From: Synechococcales cyanobacterium VAR_4_metabat_354
GTDB taxonomy: Bacteria; Cyanobacteriota; Cyanobacteriia; Cyanobacteriales; Chamaesiphonaceae
Assembly (NCBI GenBank): GCA_031414775.1
Contig: JANOQI010000030.1
Span: 1-27,471 of the forward strand
Direction: 5' to 3'
DNA: 27,471 nt
The position numbers were made by a program, and so were the translations under genes. This document shows, piece after piece, positions 8,963 through 17,299 of the stretch; the stretch's first letter is position 1, and every line of letters begins with the position of its first letter. Under the pieces are notes generated by a model that was not told the DNA's origin, searched no databases, and worked only from the letters and a program-made list of their open reading frames with translations.

Positions 8963-9717
8963 TAAGTAAGATCCTCCAAACTACGAGCGATGGTTTCTAG
9001 AATAGCTACTGCTGGGTGGCGGGGCGCATATATCCCCAGAGGCTGGAGGCTCATGGCAGCATCAGCAAATGCAGTAGCCCTAGGGATGGGTGGAAAGACA
9101 GTGGCTAAGGAGGAAACTTGCTCTTGCAATGCCTCTAGAATTTGACGATCTTGGCCAGCGTTGGCATAAAGGGTAGGAACAAAACCAGCAATAGCCAAGG
9201 AAGGATTGATGCGCTTCTTGACTTTTGCGATCGTATCTAGAAGTAGCTCTACACCTTTAAACGCTTTGAAATGGGTCTGGACTGGTACTAATACATGGGT
9301 AGCAGCAGTGAGGGCTAAGATACTAAGGATTCCGAGGCTAGGGGGGCAGTCGATAAGAATGAAATCGTAGTTGTCTAACTCATCTGCGAGAGCCTGCTTT
9401 AGCCGAATTTCACGAGCCATAACCGATGATAACTGAATTTCTACAGCACTGAGATCAATATTAGCGGGGACTAAATCCATTCCATGCAGATCTCTATGAA
9501 TAGGTAGAGGAGCGTCTTCATCAAGTAAGCGGTCAGCGATAATATTTTCTAACTCATGGGATTGCAGCCCCATGAAAATAGTGAGGCTGGCTTGAGGGTC
9601 AATATCTACCAGAAGAACTCGCTGCTTCTGTTTAGATAGCTGGTAGCCAATGTTCATCGTGAGGGTAGTTTTAGCAACTCCACCAGCTTGATTGAAGACG
9701 GCAATAATTTTGGACAC
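8962..9717 (-). CDS. parA: ParA/Soj family ATPase
   Basis: Deviant Walker A NQAGGVAKTT, DIDPQASL, IDCPPSLG. Confidence 0.93.
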   Translation of the reverse strand: MSKIIAVFNQAGGVAKTTLTMNIGYQLSKQKQRVLLVDIDPQASLTIFMGLQSHELENIIADRLLDEDAPLPIHRDLHGMDLVPANIDLSAVEIQLSSVMAREIRLKQALADELDNYDFILIDCPPSLGILSILALTAATHVLVPVQTHFKAFKGVELLLDTIAKVKKRINPSLAIAGFVPTLYANAGQDRQILEALQEQVSSLATVFPPIPRATAFADAAMSLQPLGIYAPRHPAVAILETIARSLEDLT

Positions 9718-9860
9718 GGCAAGGATCGATAGATTACTGCTCAGTTTAGCTTAATGGCGAACCAGTTGATCGGGAGTTGAGTAGACTTAAAAAGCGAAAA
9801 GAATATCAGTTCCGGATATTTGCAAATTTCCTAGTGAATGCATGTCATCACAGCTAATTA

Positions 9861-12800
9861 TCACCATAAATCTTGGATAAGCTCTGCTCGAACATCTTCC
9901 CTAGAGGCTTCACTATTATATTTCTTTGCAAGCTCTCTTAAAATTGCGGCTGTTTGCGGCCATTGATTCCCAATTTGGCTAGCATCTTTCGCATACTTTT
10001 CTCCAAGAATACGCTCTTGTTCGCCTCCATCAGTTGACGATCGACAAGTAACACCGCGATTATTGTAGATTTGAGTACGCCAACTATCCTTAACTGTTGA
10101 ACTTGCCAATTCAATTAAATCTCGGACAATTCTGTGAGGCCATGCACCATCTGGATCGGTGGGAGAAAAAGAAAAGCAACGACCAATATAATGATCGGCG
10201 ATCTCACTTCGATCGCATTCAGCAGCAAGTTCGCAAACCTTGAAAACCCAAGTTCTCAAAGCGGTATCATCAACCGTTCCGTCTTCCAGTACTCCAGGCA
10301 ATTGCTTCCATTCTTCAAGTAAACGCCAGACTAACCGTGCTAAAAAGGGGTTGGGCTGTTTATCATTCTCATTAGCTTCGGTTTGATTTTCTGCATGGCA
10401 GGTGCATTGAAGGGTTTCTACAAAAAATTCAGGGTTCTTTGATAATCGATCGAATAGTATCCGAGGACTGCGAGAATGGGCATGAATTTGGAAATACGCT
10501 AACTCCAAATTTATAAGACGATCGCGTGAAAATTTAGTCTTCTCTAGATAGTTTAGCAACTCCGTTGAGTCATGAGGAAATAAATCAGAATCATAGTCTT
10601 TTCCAGGCTCAGTCTGAACAGATGCTTCAAGAACTTCGGCGATTCGATCGAGCGAAAAGAGTTCTGGATTTTTATCCAAGACCCAGGCAATTTTGGGAAC
10701 GGCAAGATGAGGTCTACCAACTTCGAGAAGTTTTGCTAGTACCCAATCAGTTCGATCGATTCCCAGAAATTCAACGCGCTCTACATGAATCCAAAAGTAG
10801 CCTTGAGTCTCTGAATTAGCATCATCCAGTCGATCTAATAAGCATAAGTTAAATGGCAGACAGAGCAAGAATTTTCCATACTCTTCTGCGCTCCAGAGCG
10901 GTAAATTATCTTTTAGGCAGGCATCAATCCACAATTCACCTCGCTCGTAAGCATTACAATGTATATAGCTGCTTGCTAATTCATGTCGCCATCGATCGAG
11001 AGAGCCAAGATGTTCTCGAAGAAATAGAGTTAAGTCGATTGGCAGTGATTGTGTTTGAGCTAAAGCCACACCCACAAGATTGGGTGCCCGCACTTGCTGT
11101 GCTAATTGGATAACTCCAGCCCATCCTTGGGAATTTATGATTTTTTGCAATGCCTCCGATCTCAATTCTTCAGCAATTTTGTCTCGTTCCTCTGATGAGA
11201 GATCAGGTTTTCCTGGAATTTCCACCCCATACTCGAAAAGTTCGCGGTAGCGGTATACCGGATCGTCCGGCTCAAGTTGTGTCAAGATTGCTTCGAGTCG
11301 TTGAATGTTTTCGATCGACATCGACCGCTGAGAGTCAAAAAATTTGTGATAGTCAGAAATCTCGCGACGTAGGCGGTCAGATATTTGAACTCGTTCTTCT
11401 GCGGAAAATTGCTGGCATGTGAGCGTTTCTAGTGCATTTACGATCGTATTCTTTTGATTAGGATGTATGAATCTTATCATGTCAATTAGCTCACACCAAC
11501 AAGCTATGTTCATACCAACAAGAGAAATTAGCTGCGCCAGAATTGCATCATTTGGGTCAGTAATATCTTGAAAAGGTCTTTTTGTCGGATTTTCTAGTAC
11601 CCAGTCGCGCCATCTCGTCCTTTGCTCAATATGATTAATACCTTGATAAAGTAGACGGAAAAGGTAAATCAGTAAGTTCCAAGCTATCTCTGGTTCCTGC
11701 TTATGAATTATGTTGATTATTTGTAGGCAACCGTGCCAAGAAATACCAGCATTGGGATGAAAGTAAATCCAATAAGTAAAAATCGCTTTCAAGCTGTCTG
11801 CTGGTCGAGGGCACAAATTCCCACCTGGATCTAAGCGCGTTAGACGTGCTAGCGATAATGCCACTCGACTCAAGTAGTCATGATTTAATGCCAACGTCCC
11901 TAGTGCCCGAAGCAGCCCAGGATGTGGCGATGATAAAGCTAACCTTGAAGTCGGCTCTTGAAATAAGCTGACCAGGATCGGGGTTTCTCCAGCTAAACCC
12001 GCCTCGATCGCGTCTAGCAAAATTTCTGGTGCAGCCTCAGCAATTAAAGGCAGTTTATCGGACAATGAAACCCACAATATCGGATTATCTTTCGCCTGTT
12101 CCATCAATCGCCGAACTATTTGGCTGGCAACATCTTCACCCGATCGATTCCCACTAAACGAAATTTCAGGACTAAGAGTTGCCATCAATGCCATCATTTC
12201 CAAAATGCTCTCTCGCAACCAATTCGATCGAGTGAAAACTTTCCCATAAAAAGGTGCCATCATTCTTTTTTCAGGCGGTAACTCAAATGCTGGGTCAAGT
12301 TCGCTCAACACCTCAAGGGCAACATTCTCAAAACGTTTCAGATCGTCATCGGTAAGATAACGTGCAATCAGTATCCAAGCATCTTCTTGAGAGGCGATCA
12401 TCCACACGTCTCCTACTCGGCGAATGGGAGCATCCGGTTCATTGGCCCAGCGTACCCATTGGGCTTGAATCGCATCATAAGATTGCTCTGATAGTTGCTC
12501 TAAAACCTGTCGATCGCCCTTACAAGAGTCACTCCAGGTACTGACAAGTAATGGCGCAAGCAACACCCGCGCCTCATCAGATTTTGCCCATGCTGGTTGC
12601 TGAATATTTCTGGCGATTGCCAGTTTTCGTCTCAGCGCAGATAGGCTACGTCGAGCAAGAGTTGTATAGCTGTATGATTTCCTTCTATTTAACCCCATGC
12701 CCTGCAAAGCTTTTTCTGCGGCATCATGCACTATGCGAGGCAAAAGATTTTCACGATCGGAACTCAATCGATCGCATGGTATGAAAACATGATGACCATT

Positions 12801-13274
12801 CTGAATTGCTGTTCCAATACCTTCTGGCTCTCCCAGTTCAACAATTAAAATCATTGGATCGGTTGACTCAGTTAGGTGTTGCCAAGATGTCTCACAATCG
12901 ATAACAACTGCACGATCTAAAACGTTAGCTCGTTCTTCCGGCTCCAGTCCCTGCACGACTGCTGCTAAAAAAGCACTCACCTCTTTTTGTGATTCACCTT
13001 GCAATGTGAGTACGGCAGGATTTCCCCGCAGCCATTCGATCGCGCGATCTCGATCTTTCTCCCGCCCACCGATTACCAGATCTGGACTGAATGATGGTTT
13101 TGTATCTTGCGACCAGCTTTTCCAGAATCGATCGAGGGTGCGGACTTTTGTCGGTAATATGTGAATGTTTTGGGTGAGATGCTCGACTTTAGCGATAGCA
13201 ACTCCACTATTTAGAGCAATATTTTGGCTTTCGTCGCCAAAACTAGATTGTGAAATACTCTTGGGATCGGTCAT
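9861..13274 (-). CDS. Large helical protein, putative degenerate STAND/NLR-like receptor with an N-terminal amyloid-like motif
   Basis: 1137-aa uninterrupted ORF. Low-complexity N-terminal ~40 aa, then LVIGGRE and a P-loop-position segment VLTLQGESQKE lacking GKT, followed by a long helical Leu/Trp-rich region. Confidence 0.6.
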   Translation of the reverse strand: MTDPKSISQSSFGDESQNIALNSGVAIAKVEHLTQNIHILPTKVRTLDRFWKSWSQDTKPSFSPDLVIGGREKDRDRAIEWLRGNPAVLTLQGESQKEVSAFLAAVVQGLEPEERANVLDRAVVIDCETSWQHLTESTDPMILIVELGEPEGIGTAIQNGHHVFIPCDRLSSDRENLLPRIVHDAAEKALQGMGLNRRKSYSYTTLARRSLSALRRKLAIARNIQQPAWAKSDEARVLLAPLLVSTWSDSCKGDRQVLEQLSEQSYDAIQAQWVRWANEPDAPIRRVGDVWMIASQEDAWILIARYLTDDDLKRFENVALEVLSELDPAFELPPEKRMMAPFYGKVFTRSNWLRESILEMMALMATLSPEISFSGNRSGEDVASQIVRRLMEQAKDNPILWVSLSDKLPLIAEAAPEILLDAIEAGLAGETPILVSLFQEPTSRLALSSPHPGLLRALGTLALNHDYLSRVALSLARLTRLDPGGNLCPRPADSLKAIFTYWIYFHPNAGISWHGCLQIINIIHKQEPEIAWNLLIYLFRLLYQGINHIEQRTRWRDWVLENPTKRPFQDITDPNDAILAQLISLVGMNIACWCELIDMIRFIHPNQKNTIVNALETLTCQQFSAEERVQISDRLRREISDYHKFFDSQRSMSIENIQRLEAILTQLEPDDPVYRYRELFEYGVEIPGKPDLSSEERDKIAEELRSEALQKIINSQGWAGVIQLAQQVRAPNLVGVALAQTQSLPIDLTLFLREHLGSLDRWRHELASSYIHCNAYERGELWIDACLKDNLPLWSAEEYGKFLLCLPFNLCLLDRLDDANSETQGYFWIHVERVEFLGIDRTDWVLAKLLEVGRPHLAVPKIAWVLDKNPELFSLDRIAEVLEASVQTEPGKDYDSDLFPHDSTELLNYLEKTKFSRDRLINLELAYFQIHAHSRSPRILFDRLSKNPEFFVETLQCTCHAENQTEANENDKQPNPFLARLVWRLLEEWKQLPGVLEDGTVDDTALRTWVFKVCELAAECDRSEIADHYIGRCFSFSPTDPDGAWPHRIVRDLIELASSTVKDSWRTQIYNNRGVTCRSSTDGGEQERILGEKYAKDASQIGNQWPQTAAILRELAKKYNSEASREDVRAELIQDLW

Positions 13275-13285
13275 TATTCTATTCC

Positions 13286-13708
13286 TTACTCATGAATAGT
13301 CAAATTACCAGCAACATTACCGAATACCTTGCCTTCTGAAACTTGACCGATCATCTGTACCCCATCACCTGTTGAAGTCTGGTTTATCTGAATTCCAATA
13401 TTGCTTTTTGCCAGGACTTGACTGATCTCTCTGGCCAAATCTGGATTCTCCTTCAGCAATATTTCTAATTCTTCCTGAAAGACAGCTCTACGAGGCTCAC
13501 TGTCCGGCTTTGCTACTAACTGTTCTGCTGCAATTCTGGCATCATCCTTTGCTTTTAGCACAGGTTCTATTTTTTTCCAGATTTCCTTGACCACTATTTC
13601 AACACTACTTTTACCAATTTGTGTAAAGGCACCATTCATTAGTAAAGGCAAGTAAGGAATAAGACAATCCTTTGCTGCTATGGCAATATCAGTAATATGA
13701 CTACTCAT
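13286..13708 (-). CDS. Small Bell-like helical protein with a C-terminal amyloid-like (BASS/RHIM-like) motif
   Basis: Hydrophobic N-terminal helix (LIPYLPLL), IWKKI and PDS...LEILLKENPDLAREI helical bundle, then the tail GIQINQTSTGDGVQMIGQVSEGKVFGNVAGNLTIHE. Ends 11 bp upstream of the 1137-aa gene. Confidence 0.7.
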   Translation of the reverse strand: MSSHITDIAIAAKDCLIPYLPLLMNGAFTQIGKSSVEIVVKEIWKKIEPVLKAKDDARIAAEQLVAKPDSEPRRAVFQEELEILLKENPDLAREISQVLAKSNIGIQINQTSTGDGVQMIGQVSEGKVFGNVAGNLTIHE

Positions 13709-14049
13709 ATTTTTTTACTTAATATCTGAAAATAAATTAATCTCTTCTATTATAGTGTAGTTCTTCTACTCTATAAAAAAAGCTACTGAATCGGCATCAA
13801 GCGAATTTGGCGAAGCAGCTTTGGCCAAAACTCAGACAATTTAGGATAGGTTAAATCCCAAGGTAAATGCGAAGAAAGTAGCGATCTCCTTAACAGTAAG
13901 CTTCGCGTTCGGGGAACCACTACAGGATAGATGGTATGGGGGGTGAATAATTAGCAACGTCTTTGGAGCAATTATGGAAGCCGAAGCAAGATGATTTCTG
14001 GGAGAATGTTAGGCTATTCTGAGCAAAACCTCAATACTATGTCTCATTA

Positions 14050-14077
14050 ATGCCAAATAAGGTATAATGTTTGGTAT
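14050..14077 (+). promoter_or_regulatory. TA promoter -10 box with overlapping operator-like inverted repeats
   Basis: TATAAT at 14063-14068. ATGCC-AAATAA-GGTAT and ATGCCAAA...TTTGGTAT are imperfect palindromes. Confidence 0.55.
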
Positions 14078-14435
14078 GGAAGACAAACCAATTAATTGGA
14101 TCGGCAGTTCTAGAGATGATGTCTGTTCCTTCCCCGAAGAAGCCCGACGCAAAGCTGGCTTCCAACTACGTACCGTCCAGCGAGGCGAAACTCCGACAGA
14201 CTTTAAACCGATGCCTACCATTGGGAAGGGAGTCCAAGAAATCCGCATTCGGACGGAAAACGCCTATCGAATATTCTATGTAGCGAGGTTTGAAGAAGCA
14301 GTCTACATTTTGCACGTATTTCAGAAGAAAACTCAAAAAACTGCCCAGCAAGATCTACAAATCGGCCACCAGCGTTATCAAGAAATGATGGAATATCGAA
14401 AACTTCAACTACAGGAGGATAATTCGCATGAGTAA
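14076..14435 (+). CDS. Type II TA toxin, RelE/ParE (HigB/Gp49-like)
   Basis: WIGSSRDD...AGFQLRTVQRG...KPMPTIGKGVQEIRI...YRIFYVA...LHVFQKKTQKT. Toxin-first order. Confidence 0.9.
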   Translation: MEDKPINWIGSSRDDVCSFPEEARRKAGFQLRTVQRGETPTDFKPMPTIGKGVQEIRIRTENAYRIFYVARFEEAVYILHVFQKKTQKTAQQDLQIGHQRYQEMMEYRKLQLQEDNSHE

Positions 14436-14718
14436 TATAAAAAAAGGCAGTGGCAATATTTTTGAAGATTTAGGATTTGATAAGGAGGAATCCACTAATC
14501 TAAAGATTAGAGCAGATTTGATGCTGGACTTGCGAAAATTTATTCAATCCCAAAATTGGACACAAGCAGAAGCCGCAGCATTTTTTGGAGAAACACAACC
14601 TCGGATTAGTAATTTGATGAATGGCGATATCGATCGATTTGGTATCGATAAATTAGTCCAAATGCTATCGTTTGCTGGCATGAATGTTCGAGTTCTGGTT
14701 ACGCCTAAAGGGGGCTAA
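14428..14718 (+). CDS. Type II TA antitoxin, XRE-type HTH (HigA-like)
   Basis: GSGNIFEDLGF, TQAEAA...TQPRISNLMNG...FGIDKL. Overlaps the 3' end of the toxin; RBS GGAGG. Confidence 0.9.
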   Translation: MSNIKKGSGNIFEDLGFDKEESTNLKIRADLMLDLRKFIQSQNWTQAEAAAFFGETQPRISNLMNGDIDRFGIDKLVQMLSFAGMNVRVLVTPKGG

Positions 14719-14787
14719 ACAGCTCCCAGCAGCCAAACGAAATCAATCTTCAATGCCTTGAAGACAAATAGATCAAAGCATTTACCC

Positions 14788-15181
14788 ATGCCCACCCCAA
14801 CATCCCGCTACCCCAAAGACTGGCCACAGATCGCCTTCGCCATCAAAGAGCGCGAGGACTGGCACTGCTTTCTCTGCGGTATCCGAGGTCTGCACCCTGA
14901 TGATCGACTGTTCTCAGCGAAGGACCGAGCCTTTCTCATCCAAGTTCATCATTGGGACTGCAACCCCGCCAACAACTGCCTAGAAAACTTGGTGGCACTA
15001 TGTCTGCCATCTCCATGCCCACCGTAAGCATCACGGGACGATCATGGTAGGCCAGGGAATATTAGCGCTGAACGTGGAGAGTCGGTTGCCGCTGCGGTCA
15101 GAGCGAAGGGTGCCAGTGGTGGTGCAGCTGAATCTATGGGAGCGGGGGCGGTGTTGGCAGCAGCTGGGGCTTTGGGATTGA
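14788..15181 (+). pseudogene. HNH endonuclease, frameshifted
   Basis: RYPKDW...CFLC...VHHWDCNPANN...NLVALC. The expected C-x-x-CH continues in another frame from 15005 (CHLHAHRKHHG...QLNLW...QLGLWD, TGA 15179-15181). Confidence 0.75.
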
Positions 15182-15226
15182 GGGAGCCAGCACGATAATA
15201 TAGAACGGAGCCACATAAAAGATAGT

Positions 15227-16348
15227 ATGCAGTCGATTACCACCGATACAACAACGGAACTGAACGAAGCCCTTGAAACGGAGCAAGTTAAACCTCGCTT
15301 TTACCAAGCCATTGGATTTGTCGAAGGTATCCTAGAAATTGATGATCAAAAAAGTACCCTGAAGATAGGAGAAGATTCTTATCCTGCTGTTGTCCAGAAA
15401 AGGTTAAAGGCAAAATGCAAAATAACTGAACCCCAGCTCCAGTGTTTCCAGGTTTATCCTGCTACCGTCAAAAGCCGTCTTGGCTTCATGGTCACAAAAA
15501 TAGGAATGTCTCCCCTATCATTTTTCACCTTGAATGGGTGTTGGGAAATCCACAATGAAGAGCCTCGGCTAATTATTTATCGAAACCAGGAATCTCAGAA
15601 CAATAGCCAGCAGAGATCGATCTTGTCTCTTACTTGGGCAGATGCGCCCCTTGCTGACGGAAGATTTTGGGAACTGGAAGCCAGACTGGAAGGGCGTAAA
15701 CTAGTTGTCATCAAAGCTAAAGGAAGCTTCGATCCCCCGCCACATGGATTCCAACACCAAAAGAAGACAACTCACCAAGAAATTCAGGTAACACAATCGC
15801 CTGAAATCTTAGCCCTTCTAGCCGCTCCACCCTTAACTACTCAAAGGATTCAATCAATGGCCGCTCCCACTAAAGCTCAAATAACTTTCCACCTGCATCA
15901 ATTACCCAACTACCAAGAACGCCCAGATAGCCGAGTTAAATTTTTCTTGAATGGTGGCAATGGGTGCATTTTCAGTGTGACCATGAAGCCAGAGAAATTT
16001 CAGCAACTTGTTGAACATGATTTTGAGCAGGGAGTTGCTACACTCACCGGCTATATGGGAGCACCCACCGCGACGGGCTTTTATTTAGTTGGTACTACCG
16101 TTAATTCAGTTGCCCCGACAGTTTTAGATGATAGTGCCTCGATCGAATCTTCTGTACCAGAGACAGTCAGTGGCAACCCACCGGAAACCGAAAGCATCGC
16201 TCCCAAGAAGCTAACCAGCTCCACTAAACAGCAATCAATTCAAAAGCCACTGACTGACGAGAAAATTCTAGCAGTTGTGGCTAAAGCTGATAGTTCGCAG
16301 GAGCATGAAGCAAAGGGGGCTAAATCTAAGAAGAAGGCCAAAAGGTAA
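15227..16348 (+). CDS. Hypothetical cyanobacterial plasmid protein
   Basis: 373-aa ORF with an FYQAIG N-terminal region, a second domain (KAQITFHLHQLP...MKPEKFQQL...GYMG...GFYL) and a disordered Lys-rich tail. Confidence 0.7.
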   Translation: MQSITTDTTTELNEALETEQVKPRFYQAIGFVEGILEIDDQKSTLKIGEDSYPAVVQKRLKAKCKITEPQLQCFQVYPATVKSRLGFMVTKIGMSPLSFFTLNGCWEIHNEEPRLIIYRNQESQNNSQQRSILSLTWADAPLADGRFWELEARLEGRKLVVIKAKGSFDPPPHGFQHQKKTTHQEIQVTQSPEILALLAAPPLTTQRIQSMAAPTKAQITFHLHQLPNYQERPDSRVKFFLNGGNGCIFSVTMKPEKFQQLVEHDFEQGVATLTGYMGAPTATGFYLVGTTVNSVAPTVLDDSASIESSVPETVSGNPPETESIAPKKLTSSTKQQSIQKPLTDEKILAVVAKADSSQEHEAKGAKSKKKAKR

Positions 16349-16389
16349 AGCTAGACAGCAGCAACACTTCCACTTTTTGATCGTTCAAC

Positions 16390-16596
16390 TTAAGGCATCA
16401 TCGATGTGATTACTGCGATCGTGTGCGAAAAGTCATAGGAAGGTAAAACGCCATGACGAGATAAATACTGAGTCAGTAGGACAGATGAGAATCCCAGCAT
16501 TGCAAGCCGACCATTCCAAATCTCAGCTTGAGGAGTAAAGCCCCAAGCCCAGCCGTTGCGATCGGTAAGGGTAATTACTTTTTCAGAACTTTCCAT
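16390..16596 (-). CDS. hli: High-light-inducible protein (HLIP/CAB-like)
   Basis: WGFTPQAEIWNGRLAMLGF chlorophyll-binding motif. ATG 16596 with GGAG RBS. Confidence 0.9.
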   Translation of the reverse strand: MESSEKVITLTDRNGWAWGFTPQAEIWNGRLAMLGFSSVLLTQYLSRHGVLPSYDFSHTIAVITSMMP

Positions 16597-16700
16597 GATG
16601 GCTACTCCAGATTTGTGGTTGTGAGGATTAGAGTAAAAGACTAACGAAGGCTTACTTCCCATTGAAGGGTTGGGGAAAGCTTTGATTGGCTAATCCACCA

Positions 16701-16752
16701 AGCTTAACAAACTTTATCAGTTGTTTACATATGTTAATGTTTTCTTAACAAC
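16701..16752 (-). promoter_or_regulatory. HLR1-like (RpaB) repeats upstream of hli
   Basis: Minus strand GTTAAGAAAAC ATTAACATAT GTAAACAACT GATAAAGTTT GTTAAG: AT-rich repeats with about 10-bp period, including TTTACATA on the + strand. Confidence 0.5.
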
Positions 16753-16831
16753 ATGACCTAACGACGCTGCGATATAACGATTTCAGCGCGTCAGCCTAAT
16801 GGGTGAGTCAACAGGTAGCTATGCCAAAATC

Positions 16832-17257
16832 TCAACTCCTACCTTCGCTAGCTACACCACAAGCAACCCCCTCCTCGCCCTCTGTTTGGGGTGCTGGGTC
16901 TGCTACTTTCAGCTGTGACCAGTCCGTGTCAGTGAACCTGAATATAGGTAATTTATATACCTTCTTTTTCGCTGCCAGCCGCTCCAACAAGCGACGACCA
17001 GCAGCTTCTAAACACTGGGTCGTCAGCGCATCATCCTCAACTGTCTGATAAAACAGCTCCCGCACCCCTTCAAGAATTGTGCGCCGTCCCTGTAACTGAA
17101 GCTTAATCCCCAACCGCTTAAAGACATCATGCAGAAATTCGATCGAGTTAGAGCGATCGTGAATAGTCCAACCAAAAGCCTCAAAGATTAACTCCTTCAC
17201 CCAGTCCTGCTTATACTTGCGATCCAGTGATTGAATCTGAGGGTGGGACCTGTGATA
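16832..17257 (-). pseudogene. C-terminal gene fragment cut by the transposon, possibly a plasmid replication protein tail
   Basis: Frame is open from the transposon end (YHRSHPQIQSLDRKYKQDWVKELIFEAFGWTI...FKRLGIKL) with no own start. Rep identity is a weak resemblance only. Confidence 0.45.
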
Positions 17258-17299
17258 GGGGGTTGAGTAGCAATGGAACGAAAAAGTAGGTTAAGGATT

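Noticed and set aside
10134..12784. Several + strand ORFs of 60-90 aa
   Set aside because: Antisense shadows of the 1137-aa gene with no motifs.
13888..14014. CCTTAAC...GTTAGGC as a complete attC
   Set aside because: The cores are present but the inner arms do not pair at the correct spacing.
16756..16795. ACCTAAC followed by a GACGCTG/CAGCGCGTC stem as an attC
   Set aside because: No GTT core after the right arm; at most a remnant or simple hairpin.
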